From positions 119,185 through 183,184 of the IMG/VR virus record IMGVR_UViG_3300007539_000009: a stretch of DNA of 64,000 nucleotides. One strand, given 5' to 3'. Source of the stretch: a virus. The notes under the pieces are model-generated. The model was not told the DNA's origin. It ran no database searches and was given only the letters and a program-made list of their open reading frames with translations. Positions 48,605-58,481 of the stretch are shown piece after piece. Numbering within the stretch: the first letter of the stretch is position 1; every line of letters begins with the position of its first letter. A program made the translations under genes and the position numbers.

Positions 48605-50634
48605 CAGAGCACGTACAGTTCGATGTAGTCGGCAGAGTTGACACCTGGATCTCCTGGAAGAATACCAGAGACAGACGCAAGAGTGGTGGCCCCCACCGAC
48701 GCTGATACACCTTGGATCGGATTGACAGAGAAGTCCGGGCTGAATCCGGGTTGACCGTCAAGCAGTAAACCTAGGTAGCCACTTCGGCATAGCCCCCCTA
48801 AGTTCGTAGTCACAAACCCGTTGACCACTTGGTCGAGTTCGTACCCTTCGACCACTTGGTAGGTATCAAGCGGGTTGGAGTCCTGGTAGAACCACCACTC
48901 TCGAGTCTGGCCGCCAGAGTTCACCACATAGCGGAAGTGGAACCTGCCGGTGCTACGGTCGCGGTAGTCCTCCATATCACCCAGGATCGAATACAGATCG
49001 GCTTCTTCTGGGGTGGCAGCAGCTGTATCCCGAGCTGCGGCCTCGTCGGCGAAGTAGTTGCCCAGCGTCTGACGGAACACCAGGCCAGTGGACTGAACTT
49101 TGTAGTTGCGGATCCACGCCTGGTAGAACGGCTCAGTTGCTTCGAGCACCTTGAACGTGATGACGCTCTTGACGCCTATGTTCTTCTCGTCGTACTGCCC
49201 GAAGATCTCCGTGCCTTCCGGCAAAGTGAGAAGCCACGGACGCGTGAAGAGCAGGGTTAGCTCTACACCGTTAAGCGCGTTGTCGACCTTGAGCTCGAGA
49301 GGCTCGGTCAGCGTCTTGATGTACGTCCGGTTCTTGTCCGCCTGCACGGTGTCAGCCGCCAAGAGTTCGTACGGGTGCTGCACGAACGTGGCGGGCAGTC
49401 CGCCTAATGCAGTCAGAGCGTCAAAGGCTGTGGTCTGTCCAGTCCCGCCTGACTCGATAGGCAGCGTTTCGTTAGGCTGAAACACCTGCAGCTTGGTGCC
49501 GGCAGCTCGAATAGGCTTGGCTGTTGTGATTAGATTCGGTGCTTGCAATCCTAGCGCACCCGGCAACCACTCCGCCACATCAACGAAGATGTCTGTGAGT
49601 GTGGGGAACGTAAGGACGCCAGGCACTAGCGCATCGCTAGGCGCAGTGTCCACAGGCCAACCAATGCGTGAGTTCTGCGGGTGGAAGCTCGGAGCTGTAT
49701 CGATCATCCGCCGCCAGTAGATGGCGTGCTGCCAGCCGTCATGGGACGCAGTGATGCTATCAGCTAACGTAGCGTTGCCGTTGGCATCTACGGTGAGGTC
49801 AGTGAACGACACTGTATTAGTAGCTACCTGGTACGTCGGCATCGTTCCAGAGAAGTCGAGTACGTTCGGGAACGCCGTCTCGTTGAATGCGAAGTACAGC
49901 GGCTCAGCTCGAAGCAGGATCTGGTCAAGGGCGTCTGCTTTCGTAGCCGCTGTCGTAGTCAGGGGAGCTGCGCGGTCAGGAAGAATCCTGAGCACCTGTG
50001 AGTCGACGAAAGCGTCGTACGACGCTGCGATCTGCATCGGGATGATGGCGTTAGGTCGCGAACTAATCCCGGACCGGAACTGGCCTGTGGCTCCTGTATA
50101 TGTAGCCCAGTCAAGCCCGTGGCCCACAAACAGTGGACCTAGTGATCCACCGGATCGACCGCCCATGACGACAGCATTGGGATCGAACTGGTAGGTAGCG
50201 GCGTTCTCCCGCGCCCACTGAACCAAGTGAACCGCGCTCTTGCAGGTGTTCGGAAACAGCGGATCGTCCCACTGGTCGTAGTCGTTGCCTACACCTGCAA
50301 GCTCCGGCGGTCTATACGTTCCGGCGCCGTTGGGACCGCCTTGCACCTCATCACGAGCCTGCGCAGTAGTGGCAGTGACGACAGCAAACCCGCTGTCTAT
50401 CAACGGATGTAACCAGCTGAGGGGAGGAATCTCCGTCGAAGGCTGCCCGCTGTTGAACCCTGAGTTGATAACCCAAATGACTACCGGCCAGCGACCGCTA
50501 GCCCACCCGTAGGCTGCCGCTCCGTTCTGCGTCGTCGGGTAGAAAACGCTGCAGATCTCGGTCGGCTCACCTGTGACGAAACTTGAGGTGTAGTCGATGT
50601 CGTTGAACGTCGATGTGTAGGTGATGTCCGACAT
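48604..50634 (-). CDS. Alpha/beta-hydrolase (esterase) fused to a phage-tail C-terminal domain
   Basis: WPVVIW..NSGF, AVHLVQWARENAATYQFDPNAVVMGGRSGG (nucleophile elbow), HDGW; C-terminal YSILGDMEDYR..GRFHFRY..W.QDSNP. Confidence 0.75.
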   Translation of the reverse strand: MSDITYTSTFNDIDYTSSFVTGEPTEICSVFYPTTQNGAAAYGWASGRWPVVIWVINSGFNSGQPSTEIPPLSWLHPLIDSGFAVVTATTAQARDEVQGGPNGAGTYRPPELAGVGNDYDQWDDPLFPNTCKSAVHLVQWARENAATYQFDPNAVVMGGRSGGSLGPLFVGHGLDWATYTGATGQFRSGISSRPNAIIPMQIAASYDAFVDSQVLRILPDRAAPLTTTAATKADALDQILLRAEPLYFAFNETAFPNVLDFSGTMPTYQVATNTVSFTDLTVDANGNATLADSITASHDGWQHAIYWRRMIDTAPSFHPQNSRIGWPVDTAPSDALVPGVLTFPTLTDIFVDVAEWLPGALGLQAPNLITTAKPIRAAGTKLQVFQPNETLPIESGGTGQTTAFDALTALGGLPATFVQHPYELLAADTVQADKNRTYIKTLTEPLELKVDNALNGVELTLLFTRPWLLTLPEGTEIFGQYDEKNIGVKSVITFKVLEATEPFYQAWIRNYKVQSTGLVFRQTLGNYFADEAAARDTAAATPEEADLYSILGDMEDYRDRSTGRFHFRYVVNSGGQTREWWFYQDSNPLDTYQVVEGYELDQVVNGFVTTNLGGLCRSGYLGLLLDGQPGFSPDFSVNPIQGVSASVGATTLASVSGILPGDPGVNSADYIELYVL

Positions 50635-51143
50635 TAGTCAGCGAGGCTAAAGGTGATGATGATCTGGGAGCCGTCGGCGTCAGTCACCAAGAACACACCG
50701 TCCGGGGGAGGAGCTGTCGGCTCAATCGTTAGTGGTGTGCCGTTAGGGTCAAGTACTGTCAGGTTACCTGTGCCGTCAGCGACCGGAAGCTGGATTTCGT
50801 TACCATCTTCATCCAGCAAGAGCAGTACGTAGGTATCGCCCGGGACCTCTGGGGAATCAGGGGGCTCAGGGTCTGTTGGCTCTGGGGGTGTGCCGACAAC
50901 CACGGTCGGCACGACACCGAGGATGTCCGTGATCACCAACACTTCCGGGTTCACCCGAAAGGCTGACCGGATGTTGCGCGGCGCTGTGAACGGGGCATCA
51001 GCGCTCAAGTTGCCGAACAAATTGGAGGTCGACTCCTGCGATGTGATTGTTCGGCCGGCAAACACACGAATAAACGACTCTCTACTGAGGGAGCCAACTG
51101 CTGTTGTGTTGCCGAGACGCTGAGGTCTATTCGAGGTAGTCAA
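50634..51143 (-). CDS. Hypothetical virion protein with Pro-rich linker
   Basis: Probable TTG start at 51143 overlapping the upstream stop; PPEPTDPEPPDSPEVP. Confidence 0.55.
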   Translation of the reverse strand: MTTSNRPQRLGNTTAVGSLSRESFIRVFAGRTITSQESTSNLFGNLSADAPFTAPRNIRSAFRVNPEVLVITDILGVVPTVVVGTPPEPTDPEPPDSPEVPGDTYVLLLLDEDGNEIQLPVADGTGNLTVLDPNGTPLTIEPTAPPPDGVFLVTDADGSQIIITFSLAD

Positions 51144-51693
51144 CCGTGCCTCCAAAACTGACGTAGAAGTTGAACAGCAGCTCAACCTCGTTCGGTTTCA
51201 TGCTCAGGCTCGAGAGCTGCATGTCCACGATCGCTCCGTACAGGACCCTGCGTGCGTACGAGAACTGGATCATGTACCGGCTCTGAGCACAGACATGTAG
51301 CGAGGCGTACTTCTTGTAGAACTCACGCCACTCGGCCGCAGATCGACCAGTCCACTTCTTGTTGCCGATCTCGATTGTGTCTGTGAGGTCCGTGTCTAGC
51401 AGCACAGCTGAGGCCCCGTAAATCCGATGGTCTCGGCCAAACGCATACAGCTTCGGGTTGTCCGACAGGATCGTTTGGACGCGCTCAAAATCTCGTTCAT
51501 CTACGCGAGCAAGAATCAAATCGCTAAAGCTAGCGATGGCGCCCACAACCACCAGCTCTCCATCGGCGTCGCGCTGAAGCACGTTAAGGTTGGCCCGCTC
51601 TCCGTCCTCGAAGAGCGTGGTCATGGTCTGCCCGTGCCGACGCTGGTTGGTCGGCAGGTTCAGCGGAGCCGGCGGGCCGAAAACGTCAACCAT
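51127..51693 (-). CDS. Tail-tube-like/baseplate initiator (gp48/gp54-like) candidate
   Basis: KLYAFGRDHRIYGASAVLLD pattern; TAATG coupling; located downstream of the tape measure. Confidence 0.45.
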   Translation of the reverse strand: MVDVFGPPAPLNLPTNQRRHGQTMTTLFEDGERANLNVLQRDADGELVVVGAIASFSDLILARVDERDFERVQTILSDNPKLYAFGRDHRIYGASAVLLDTDLTDTIEIGNKKWTGRSAAEWREFYKKYASLHVCAQSRYMIQFSYARRVLYGAIVDMQLSSLSMKPNEVELLFNFYVSFGGTVDYLE

Positions 51694-52313
51694 TACTTCT
51701 TGTCGATCGACTCGATAACGAACATCGAGAGTGCCAGCTCTCCTTGAGCAGGCACGGCAGCATTGACGGCCTGGTTCATCGCAATCAAGTAGCCGCGACG
51801 AATCATGTCTCGGTACTCAAACTGCACTAACCACGGATCAGCACGACGCTTTGATCCAATCAGCTGCGCACCAGCACGCAAGTACTGCTGCCACGCCTCG
51901 TAGAGCGCGTTGTGCCCGTCGCCGTCTTCTCTGTTGATCAGCGTGTGCCCTGATATCTGCAGCATTGTTGTGTCCGAGCCAGCGGTATACACGCTCGGCG
52001 CACCAAACGAGAAGGTAGGCACAAATCGTGACTTGGGAGCCTCCACCGTGCTTGTGACCAAGAACTTGTCTGTGGCGTAAACGACGCCAGAGTTAATGGT
52101 GAGTCCACCGCTTGGACTCGGCCCTTGCTGCTGCTGCTCAACAACAAGCGTAGCCACCGCGTCGTCGTACACGTCGTACGCCGCTCCGATAGCAGGGTTG
52201 TTTCTGACAGCAAACGCTACGAGGTTCGGGTTAGCTTGCAGCTTCGCAGCAGACTGAATCAGGTTGGTGGTGCCGAAGTTCACTCCTGCCTGAATATCAC
52301 CAAGTGCGCTCAT
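51693..52313 (-). CDS. Tail-tube-like/baseplate initiator candidate
   Basis: SFGAPSVYTAG..MLQISGHTLIN pattern; immediately after the tape measure. Confidence 0.45.
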   Translation of the reverse strand: MSALGDIQAGVNFGTTNLIQSAAKLQANPNLVAFAVRNNPAIGAAYDVYDDAVATLVVEQQQQGPSPSGGLTINSGVVYATDKFLVTSTVEAPKSRFVPTFSFGAPSVYTAGSDTTMLQISGHTLINREDGDGHNALYEAWQQYLRAGAQLIGSKRRADPWLVQFEYRDMIRRGYLIAMNQAVNAAVPAQGELALSMFVIESIDKK

Positions 52314-54475
52314 CAGTCTCCCCAGGATTTAATGCGGACGAACAGAGGATCACTTTCGGAGCCAGTAGGTGCCGGAGCGTTGCCCAGGTTGAGGGGGGCA
52401 ACCATCTGCATAACCATCGCCCGCTGCAACCGCTCCATCTCTGAGCCTGTGTTAAACCCGGTAAGCATCTTAGTGCTTCCCTGGTTCAACAGAGACCGAA
52501 GCTCGCGAATGCTGTACGACGACCCGCCCATAGCGCTGATGTTAGCTAAATCACGCAGCATTTCATCTGACGGAGCTGAGCCAAACACATCCTGAAGGGT
52601 TTTGGCACTCACTGAGCCTGAGCCTGAGTAAGGACCGTTCAGCAGCAAGTCAGCAATATCACCTGGTGAAGAGTTTTTGCGGTCTAGCGCGTACGTAGCC
52701 CTCGACTCGTTGAATCTCGTGCCGAAGCTGTCAGACTCGTTGAAGATGCCAGAAACTTGCGCAATAGTCAGCAGCTCCGCCATCTCTATGTCCCCGCTCT
52801 TGATGCGAGAAGTAAGTCCGGCTCTGAGCGCTCCGGTTACTTCTTCGTAGGCAGCTCTGAGTTCCAGAGGACTAGCGTTCTCTCCTACCTTCCCAAAGAT
52901 CTGGCGCACCTGGTCCGGATCAGCGTCAAGTCCCAGGGACCGCAAGTACCCCTCAAGCCGGAGCAGGTCTGTGTTGCCACCGTACTGATCTAGACGTGCA
53001 GAAAGCCGATCAAACTCCTCACGCGCAATGACAGAATCAGGCTCGCCTACGGCGTTGCCGAACAATTGGGCCCCTAAGGCGTCCCCGCCGAATCCTAAAG
53101 CGTTTACCGTTTCGCTGGCACGTATAAAGGCATCAGAGAAAGCGGTGGCGGACGACCGGGTAAGTCCGGTACGGCTCTGCGCAGCCTCTAGCCCAGCAAA
53201 CGGATTGCTCAGGTAAGCCGCACCAACGCGGCTACCAAAAGCCACAGGAGACCCTGAGATCGGGGCACCTAATGCGTTGAGCACACCCATCGAGCCTGCC
53301 GTACGACGCGCGTATGCTTGGGATTGGCCGAGCTGGTACTGAGCTACCCGAAGTGCTGCCTCGTCAGGGGTGTCGCCGCCAAAACGGAACAAGGCATCCT
53401 GGCGATACGTGCCTGACCGAACATCCTCCACCAAGCCGGACGCCAGACCGTAAGCCGCGCCTACTGTCCCCTGGAACGTGAACCCTGCGGCGCGGCTTTG
53501 CTGACCTACATTGGCGAAGTATCGAGCTTGGTCGGCGTACGAGATGCCGATGTTGTTGCCGGGGCCCCCGATCATGCTGCCGATGCGCGCCAGATCCCTA
53601 GCGCCTACTCCGCTACGCTGCAGCTCCCCGGTCATCTCTTTGAGCTGATCAGTATTCATCTGCAGATGACGGGCCAATGCTGACATAGCATTGTTGAGCG
53701 TCATATCTTGGCCGGGCATACCTGACAGCTGTGAAATACGCGCCGCGTCTCGAGTCACGATCTGCGCAAGATTGAGCGAGTCTTCTTCGCTGATGCCGTA
53801 TCTGCTGTACTTGTTCAACCTTTCCATGCTGGCGCGCAAACTAGTCTGCTGCTGCCTGATGAAAGCAGAGTCGATACGGACACCCATCAGGTCAGCGCGC
53901 GCACCTCCCGTGGCCAACGCGTCAGCGCCACGCAAGTACTCGAACGACGCCTGTAGCCCACGCTCAGTGTCCCGCATGAACTCGCCGCCAGCAAACGCCA
54001 TCCCGATGCGTCGGCGGATCATGTACGGAACAATCGCCGCACCTATCGACGAGCCGGCATACGAGAATCTACGGCTCAGCTCGCCACGAAGCTCTTGCTC
54101 CATTCGAGCTCGGCCAAATGCCGGACTGTAGTTGATGTCAGGGAACAACGCCCCGCCACTGAGCTGGTTGACCATAGGGCCGATAAACCCTTGAGAAACC
54201 AGCCCGCCAAACGACATGCCTTGCACACCGGCAGCGACAGCCGCAGCAGAACTCCCGTAACCTGGAATACCACCGCCAACAGCCATCTGCGCTTGGCTAC
54301 TAGCAACCTGCGCAGCCAGCTGCTGCTGCATTTGAGTCATGCGAGCCATCGAAGCCTGCATGCGCATCATCTGCTGCTGCTGTAACTGCTGAAGCTGCTG
54401 CTCGCGGATCTGCTGCTGGATCAGGTCCAGCTGACGCCGCTGGTTAGTGGCGTCGTTGTTGAACTCGCTGGCCAT
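52313..54475 (-). CDS. Tape-measure-like protein, 720 aa
   Basis: A/G/Q/M-rich helical composition; downstream of the frameshifted chaperone pair. Confidence 0.6.
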   Translation of the reverse strand: MASEFNNDATNQRRQLDLIQQQIREQQLQQLQQQQMMRMQASMARMTQMQQQLAAQVASSQAQMAVGGGIPGYGSSAAAVAAGVQGMSFGGLVSQGFIGPMVNQLSGGALFPDINYSPAFGRARMEQELRGELSRRFSYAGSSIGAAIVPYMIRRRIGMAFAGGEFMRDTERGLQASFEYLRGADALATGGARADLMGVRIDSAFIRQQQTSLRASMERLNKYSRYGISEEDSLNLAQIVTRDAARISQLSGMPGQDMTLNNAMSALARHLQMNTDQLKEMTGELQRSGVGARDLARIGSMIGGPGNNIGISYADQARYFANVGQQSRAAGFTFQGTVGAAYGLASGLVEDVRSGTYRQDALFRFGGDTPDEAALRVAQYQLGQSQAYARRTAGSMGVLNALGAPISGSPVAFGSRVGAAYLSNPFAGLEAAQSRTGLTRSSATAFSDAFIRASETVNALGFGGDALGAQLFGNAVGEPDSVIAREEFDRLSARLDQYGGNTDLLRLEGYLRSLGLDADPDQVRQIFGKVGENASPLELRAAYEEVTGALRAGLTSRIKSGDIEMAELLTIAQVSGIFNESDSFGTRFNESRATYALDRKNSSPGDIADLLLNGPYSGSGSVSAKTLQDVFGSAPSDEMLRDLANISAMGGSSYSIRELRSLLNQGSTKMLTGFNTGSEMERLQRAMVMQMVAPLNLGNAPAPTGSESDPLFVRIKSWGD

Positions 54476-55047
54476 TAGCTAGTGCGCAGGTACTGTCGGA
54501 TGTAGCCTTGCATCTGACGTTGAGCCTGCAGAACGCGCGAGTCCTCGTCCGGCACTGCTACCGGAGCGTCCTCAACAACATGCAGCGTGTCCTCTACGGA
54601 AGGAAGTTGCTGCCGTAGTGCTGCAATGTCATTGAGCCTGGCGCGCACCTCGTTGATGGTGACATCCGCACCGGCCGCAACCTTGTCAGCTACGAACTGA
54701 GTGCGGTAACCCAGTCGGGGGATCGGTTCGGTGCCGTCCAAGGTCACCAGGTCCTCTTTGAACTCAACCTCGAGTCCAGCGTTCGTGGCCATCCGCCGGA
54801 ACGTCTGGGCGCTCTTGGGAGTAGCGATCTGAGCCGCAGCCTCCGTGGAGGACAGTTGGTCGATCCCTGTGACGGCCCGGAATGACGTCACCCGAGACGT
54901 TCGCTCTACCAGCTCCTCAGCCGGGATCTGATCAGCAGGGCCATAAAAGCCTGCCAGCGTTGTACCGCGCAGGTCCCTGAGGCCGTTCTGTGCAATGACA
55001 ATCGCGTCCTCGAGGGCCTGCGCTGAGAAGAATTTAGTCGTCGCCAT
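54475..55047 (-). CDS. Hypothetical protein, 190 aa
   Basis: Likely start MATTKFF; lies between the chaperone pair and the tape measure. Confidence 0.6.
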   Translation of the reverse strand: MATTKFFSAQALEDAIVIAQNGLRDLRGTTLAGFYGPADQIPAEELVERTSRVTSFRAVTGIDQLSSTEAAAQIATPKSAQTFRRMATNAGLEVEFKEDLVTLDGTEPIPRLGYRTQFVADKVAAGADVTINEVRARLNDIAALRQQLPSVEDTLHVVEDAPVAVPDEDSRVLQAQRQMQGYIRQYLRTS

Positions 55048-55411
55048 CTGGAGTCTCGTCGGGTTTGACGATCTCCAGGCTGGCTCGCCCACCGACCGTC
55101 GTCACATTGTACGACGCCTTGAGTGAGGCCATCAGCTCGGCAGTCATGCGAGCTTCGCGATCCTTGGTATTCCCTTCGTACTCCACGAAGAACTCCTGCT
55201 CGAGCATGTCGAGCATCTTCTTCGCGCGCTCCTGGTTAGTGGCCGTTGCCAGCACAGTTGTCGCCTGCTCAATCAGGCGCAGCCGGTGCTCTCGCTGCTC
55301 AGCTACCAGGAATGCCTGCTGCTCCCACGGGTCGTACTCCTCGAGATCCACCCCTCCCCGGAGCAGCAGGCGCACCCGGTAGAAGGCAAGAGAGGTGCTC
55401 AGAGGTTTTTT
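55034..55411 (-). CDS. -1 frameshift extension of the tail assembly chaperone (gpGT-like)
   Basis: The -1 frame from the slippery site is open (KKPLSTSLAFYRVRLLLRGG...) and in frame with ORF 55034-55375. Confidence 0.75.
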   Translation of the reverse strand, partial: KKPLSTSLAFYRVRLLLRGGVDLEEYDPWEQQAFLVAEQREHRLRLIEQATTVLATATNQERAKKMLDMLEQEFFVEYEGNTKDREARMTAELMASLKASYNVTTVGGRASLEIVKPDETPDGDD

Positions 55412-56028
55412 AGGTCCTCCCGCAGGGCCAGCATCTTGGCCGTCTGCATGTCGAGGTGGACCCCCATCAAGAGCTCAACCAGGGTCTCGTCGGCCTCGTC
55501 CAACCAGTCAATGACCTTCTTGACGTGCGCCGACTTGATCCAGTCGTCGTACCCCCCGATCTGGAGCTTCACTGCCGGGAACTTCTGCCCAGCGATGGAC
55601 TCGATCCCTGCTGCCAGTACCGCCCGGGTGTACTCCGGGTTGACGATGTTGGCATCGGTCTGGAGAGCCGCCAGTTCGTTGCGCTCCCGGCTTTTCAGCG
55701 AACGGAGCACGTACTCAAAGGATCCGAGCTGCAGGCGGTAAGTGACTCGACCTGACAGCAGGTACTCCTTGCTGGAGACCTGCTCGTAGACAGAAGCGTA
55801 GCGCTTCTTGAATGCGTCGTAGCTGACAGTGCCAACCACGCAGACCACCTGTTTGGGCAGCATGGCCTGGACCTTCTCTTTCAGGTCTTGCTCAGCCTCC
55901 GCCTGGGCAGCGTCTTTGGCTTCCTCGGCCAGCCCCTCGAGTTGTGTCTGGGCAGCTTGCTGCTGCCGTGCTTCCGAAGCGGCCTGCTGTACAGCCTCCG
56001 CCGGAACCATTGATCGTCGTGTAGTCAT
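55399..56028 (-). CDS. Tail assembly chaperone (gpG-like)
   Basis: Upstream of the tape measure, ends at the slippery site; VLRSLKSRER..., WLDEADETLVELL. Confidence 0.7.
   Translation of the reverse strand: MTTRRSMVPAEAVQQAASEARQQQAAQTQLEGLAEEAKDAAQAEAEQDLKEKVQAMLPKQVVCVVGTVSYDAFKKRYASVYEQVSSKEYLLSGRVTYRLQLGSFEYVLRSLKSRERNELAALQTDANIVNPEYTRAVLAAGIESIAGQKFPAVKLQIGGYDDWIKSAHVKKVIDWLDEADETLVELLMGVHLDMQTAKMLALREDLKNL
55405..55411 (-). other. Programmed -1 frameshift heptamer A AAA AAC
   Basis: Minus strand reads GAC CTA AAA AAC CTC TGA: an X XXY YYZ heptamer two codons before the stop. Confidence 0.75.
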
Positions 56029-56110
56029 CGTGTGTACCGACCGCCACAAATAGGTGGCAGTTGTGTCATAAGTCTAATGTCGCGGTGCTCTTACCTCACA
56101 CCGTGACCCC

Positions 56111-56479
56111 ATGCCTATGAGCAAAGCGACTGCATTGCTGAACCAGTATCCGTGGATCCCAGCCGTAGGGCTGGCTGTTGCCTTCCTGGTAAAGGAGTTT
56201 CTGAAAACCGAGGACCTCAGTGAAAGCATCTCACGCACCGGGCTGAAAGTCCAGTGGTGTGATTGCTTGATGCAAGTACAGGACGCAACCGAGAGCCAGC
56301 TAGACGCTGTGCTCGGGATCATCGACCGGAGTGGCCGGGCTCTTCCTGAGGGGAGCCTCGAGGCCAAGCGTCGGCGAGCCGAGTCACGTCTGATCGGGCT
56401 ACTCAAGCGACTGTACGAACCCACCCTGGACCGAACGGCCATCAACAACCTGGCCTCCATGCTTCTGAAGTTGCAATGA
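56111..56479 (+). CDS. Small protein with N-terminal hydrophobic helix, directly upstream of the RT
   Basis: WIPAVGLAVAFLV segment; first gene of the plus-strand operon. Confidence 0.6.
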   Translation: MPMSKATALLNQYPWIPAVGLAVAFLVKEFLKTEDLSESISRTGLKVQWCDCLMQVQDATESQLDAVLGIIDRSGRALPEGSLEAKRRRAESRLIGLLKRLYEPTLDRTAINNLASMLLKLQ

Positions 56480-56518
56480 TCTTTCTCGATTTCTTAGCAA
56501 GCCTGATCAACTGACATC

Positions 56519-57610
56519 ATGACCACCGCACGCACACGGGCGAGTCAGGCGGTGACAGTACCCACGGAGGAAGGGCGAGCCTCCCGGGTACTGGAACTCC
56601 TGAACCAAGGGCAAGCGGACGAGGGCATGTACCGGACGCACACGATCCCCAAGGTCGATAGCGCGGGTCGCGTTGTAGGTAAGCGCAAGCTGATCATACC
56701 TAACGACGACCTGAAAGCTGCGCAGAACGTGATCCTCGATGAGCTCTATGGCTCGTCGATCGGCGCCAGTCCGTACTCCCACGCGTTCCACCGAAACCGG
56801 TCAATCATGACGATGGCCAAACCACACGTAGGCAACAACTACGCGCTGACCATCGACATCAAAGACTACTTCCCTTCTGTGACACCAGAAACGGTGATCG
56901 CTGAGCTGGAGGAGGCGGAGGTGAATGCGGCACTAATCAGCCGTGTTCGCAGACTCTGCTTTTACCGAGGCGGTCTACCGCAAGGCGCCCCTACATCTCC
57001 ATTCCTGTCAAATGTTGCCGGCAACAAGATCGACTACGCGGTCGCATCGTTTGTGCAGAAGTGGCGCGTGGGTCTAATCCGGGAAGACCACAGAGGCAAC
57101 AGGACCTCTCAGGTACAGCAGCGACCTTACGGTCTCATCTACACCCGGTACGCCGACGATCTTGCGTTCTCTGCGCCGTACAAAAAGGTGTGGCAACTTA
57201 AGTTCGCAATCACTCGCATCCTCGAAGGACTGGGATACAAGGTGAATCCTCGCAAGATCACCGAGCACAAGAAGGGATCTCAGATCAAAGTCTGCGGGCT
57301 CGTTGTAAATGAGGTACTCAACGCGCCACGTAAACGCCGACGAGGACTGCGCGGTCTGATGCACCGTGCTATCTGCGATCGAGCCAAAGGACGCACGGAG
57401 CCTGGGTTCGTCACTACTCGGGACGGACACATTAGGGCTATCGACTTCATGCAGTTACGAGGCGAGATCTCGTTCTGCCTAAGCGCTAACGACCGGCACC
57501 GGGACGAACTCCTGGGCCTTTTTCATGTCATGCATGACGTTCACACTCTTCCGCAAGAGCTGTGGTCACCTGCAACAAATCAATACGTGAGTCAACATGC
57601 CCAACACTGA
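56519..57610 (+). CDS. Retron-type reverse transcriptase, 363 aa
   Basis: IPK..GKRKLIIP, HAFHRNRSI..MAKPH (NAxxH-like), IDIKDYFPSV, LPQGAPTSPFLSN, YTRYADDLAFS, KVNPRK, IKVCGLVVN (VTG-like). Confidence 0.92.
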   Translation: MTTARTRASQAVTVPTEEGRASRVLELLNQGQADEGMYRTHTIPKVDSAGRVVGKRKLIIPNDDLKAAQNVILDELYGSSIGASPYSHAFHRNRSIMTMAKPHVGNNYALTIDIKDYFPSVTPETVIAELEEAEVNAALISRVRRLCFYRGGLPQGAPTSPFLSNVAGNKIDYAVASFVQKWRVGLIREDHRGNRTSQVQQRPYGLIYTRYADDLAFSAPYKKVWQLKFAITRILEGLGYKVNPRKITEHKKGSQIKVCGLVVNEVLNAPRKRRRGLRGLMHRAICDRAKGRTEPGFVTTRDGHIRAIDFMQLRGEISFCLSANDRHRDELLGLFHVMHDVHTLPQELWSPATNQYVSQHAQH

Positions 57611-58481
57611 CCTGATTACTGGACTCTCTGAAGGCGAGCAGATCGTCATCAACACAGACGGCACTGCTTCGCTCATCAAAGTGTCCGTCGTCAAGACAAG
57701 CGACCTGGGCGCTGTTACCGGTGCGCTGCATACCGGTGATGTCGCTACTGGGGTGCTGCCTTACGGTTGCATCTACCGCACATCCTACCAGGGATCAACT
57801 GTGTACTTCATGGCGATCCCTCCGACAATCGACCACGTCACACACGAGAAGGCTACATACACCACTGAGCGGGGGGACCCGTTCCACCGCATTCAGTTCC
57901 GCATCGCAATGCCGTGGCGCGTAATGGCTATCGGCGTCAACGCTCGCGGCAACATAGTGGACGCGCATACGTGGATCACGAAGGAGAAACCGCAACCGTC
58001 GTCAACGCTGTACCACCCGACCGTGCCTAACCGGTACAACAACGGCAACGGCTGCCTGGGTAGCCAACTGCTGTCACTGATCAATCAAGATGCCAGTCTC
58101 GATCAGCTGGCTCGTGTGGAACGAGTGGTCGACGACATGCAGCGTGTCGATTACACCGACCACATGGATTACTGGCGCAATCACTTCCCGCAGGAACTTC
58201 AGGATGTGGAGGTGCCGACAGAAGCAGCGCTGCTCCCTGACGGTCTGCCACGTCTGAGGAGCCGCAACGTTCAGCCGCCGATCCCTGAACAAGAGTATGA
58301 CGAGATGAACCGCGACGTTCGGCGGCTGGTGAAGTGGCACCTGTGGACGCACGCGCGACCGACCAGCTGGATGAGCGAGATTCAGCAACTGTCGTGGCAG
58401 CAAATGACACCGCAAACAACGAAACCTCTGCGAACTCTACAGGACGCACTTAACGGGAACCGAGATGGTCGAGGCTGGTAA
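57597..58481 (+). CDS. Prokaryotic E2 family D-like (PRTRC protein B-like)
   Basis: FRIAMPWRVMAI, STLYHPTVPNRYNNGNGCLGS with the conserved Cys; the start overlaps the RT stop by 14 nt. Confidence 0.75.
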   Translation: MPNTDLITGLSEGEQIVINTDGTASLIKVSVVKTSDLGAVTGALHTGDVATGVLPYGCIYRTSYQGSTVYFMAIPPTIDHVTHEKATYTTERGDPFHRIQFRIAMPWRVMAIGVNARGNIVDAHTWITKEKPQPSSTLYHPTVPNRYNNGNGCLGSQLLSLINQDASLDQLARVERVVDDMQRVDYTDHMDYWRNHFPQELQDVEVPTEAALLPDGLPRLRSRNVQPPIPEQEYDEMNRDVRRLVKWHLWTHARPTSWMSEIQQLSWQQMTPQTTKPLRTLQDALNGNRDGRGW

